From positions 26,040,001-26,104,000 of the forward strand of contig CM119375.1 of the NCBI GenBank assembly GCA_051294905.1: a DNA stretch of 64,000 nt. Reading direction: 5' to 3'. The stretch comes from Botryllus schlosseri (taxonomy: Eukaryota). The position numbers and the translations under genes are program-made. The notes under the pieces are model-generated. The model had not been told where the DNA came from, did not search any database, and saw only the letters and a program-made list of their open reading frames with translations. Shown here piece by piece: positions 63,151-64,000 of this stretch (the first letter of the stretch is position 1; each line of letters starts with the position of its first letter).

Positions 63151-63395
63151 TATAGCTCTGTACTTTCAACGCTGTGGTTTTATTGCGTCTATATAAGACA
63201 GGGAGATCTTTGTGACTCGAAACACTCTATTTTTGAACGGACAGTATTTGTGATCGTGACTCGCGAAATTGGCTTAGCTGACGTTTTTGATATCACCATA
63301 TCATCAGCCGTGTTTGCTATTCCGCCAGGTTTTATTGGCCGCTACGGGCATGGGCTAAAATTGAGTATTTTAGCGTAGAGACTATGGTCGTGTAG

Positions 63396-63542
63396 TGAGA
63401 GCGCGCAGCATGCGACGGCACAGCGGTTGCGGCGAAATCAACGAGGACACTCGGAAGAGATGGCTCGCCCGGCGGCGAATGCCAAAATCTCGATCCGTCG
63501 ATGCTCCCAAGTCGGCTGAACTGCAAAGCTCGAAGGCGATCG
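63396..63542 (+). CDS. Candidate Trio exon: internal (from 63396) or alternative first coding exon (ATG at 63410)
   Basis: GC-rich open frame MRRHSGCGEINEDTRKRWLARRRMPKSRSVDAPKSAELQSSKAI ending at a strong phase-1 donor G|GTGAGT (63542/63543), matching the phase-1 intron after the SH3 exon; a weak in-frame acceptor tgtag| lies at 63395. Confidence 0.6.
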
Positions 63543-64000
63543 GTGAGTATCAGTACTAGCCGCTTTCAAATTTCCGAATTGGGCTGCTGCAACGCAAATC
63601 CTCTGAATTCAGCGGTTTTTAACCTATATTAACATGGCGAACCCTACGCCAATCTGAAAGCCGTCTGCGAACCCAAATTTTCGCCTGGTCTATAAACTAA
63701 AAACTACAACAATACACATACAGTACGTCACTATAGCATACTGGGCAAAATAAACTGCGCATCAATAACTGAGTTGAAAGAACAAAATCATTAAAACATG
63801 GTTTTCGCACAAAACAAAATGATTATGCTGTATCTGTATAAGTCGGGTTTGTGTCCTCACCTCCTGCGAACCACTGTCATACTGTTGACTTTAATTTTCG
63901 AGGTATTGGAAATTATATGTCGTGAATTGCATTTTCAACAAACTCGAAATGTCGCGTGGTGGCGTCGACGTGCCTGTGATGTCGTAATTTCGGTGCGACA

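Noticed and set aside
63610-63876. Complete hAT MITE (CAGCGGTT...AACCACTG)
   Set aside because: The termini look hAT-like but the flanks TCTGAATT / TCATACTG do not form a TSD, so boundaries are unproven.

Overview
AT-rich animal genomic DNA, possibly an invertebrate chordate such as an ascidian (inference only). The window lies inside one large plus-strand Trio/Kalirin-family RhoGEF gene. I hand-spliced 32 phase-consistent GT-AG coding exons (1371..56751; 4948 nt, about 1649 codons). They encode the end of the Sec14/CRAL-TRIO domain, the spectrin-repeat rod, DH1-PH1 and SH3-1; the gene start and the GEF2/kinase half lie outside the window. A further candidate exon at 63396/63410..63542 may be the next internal exon or an internal first exon of a Duet/UNC-73C-like short isoform. 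The introns hold many transposons: a 3.2-kb foldback-type composite element with minisatellite arms and an 8-bp TSD, a THAP element with long inverted arms interrupted by a LINE 3' end, several hAT MITEs with intact 8-bp TSDs, two palindromic MITE families and decayed hAT/LINE/LTR fossils. No rRNA, tRNA or CRISPR array is supported. Protein comparisons are from recalled vertebrate Trio/Kalirin sequence, not from a database search.
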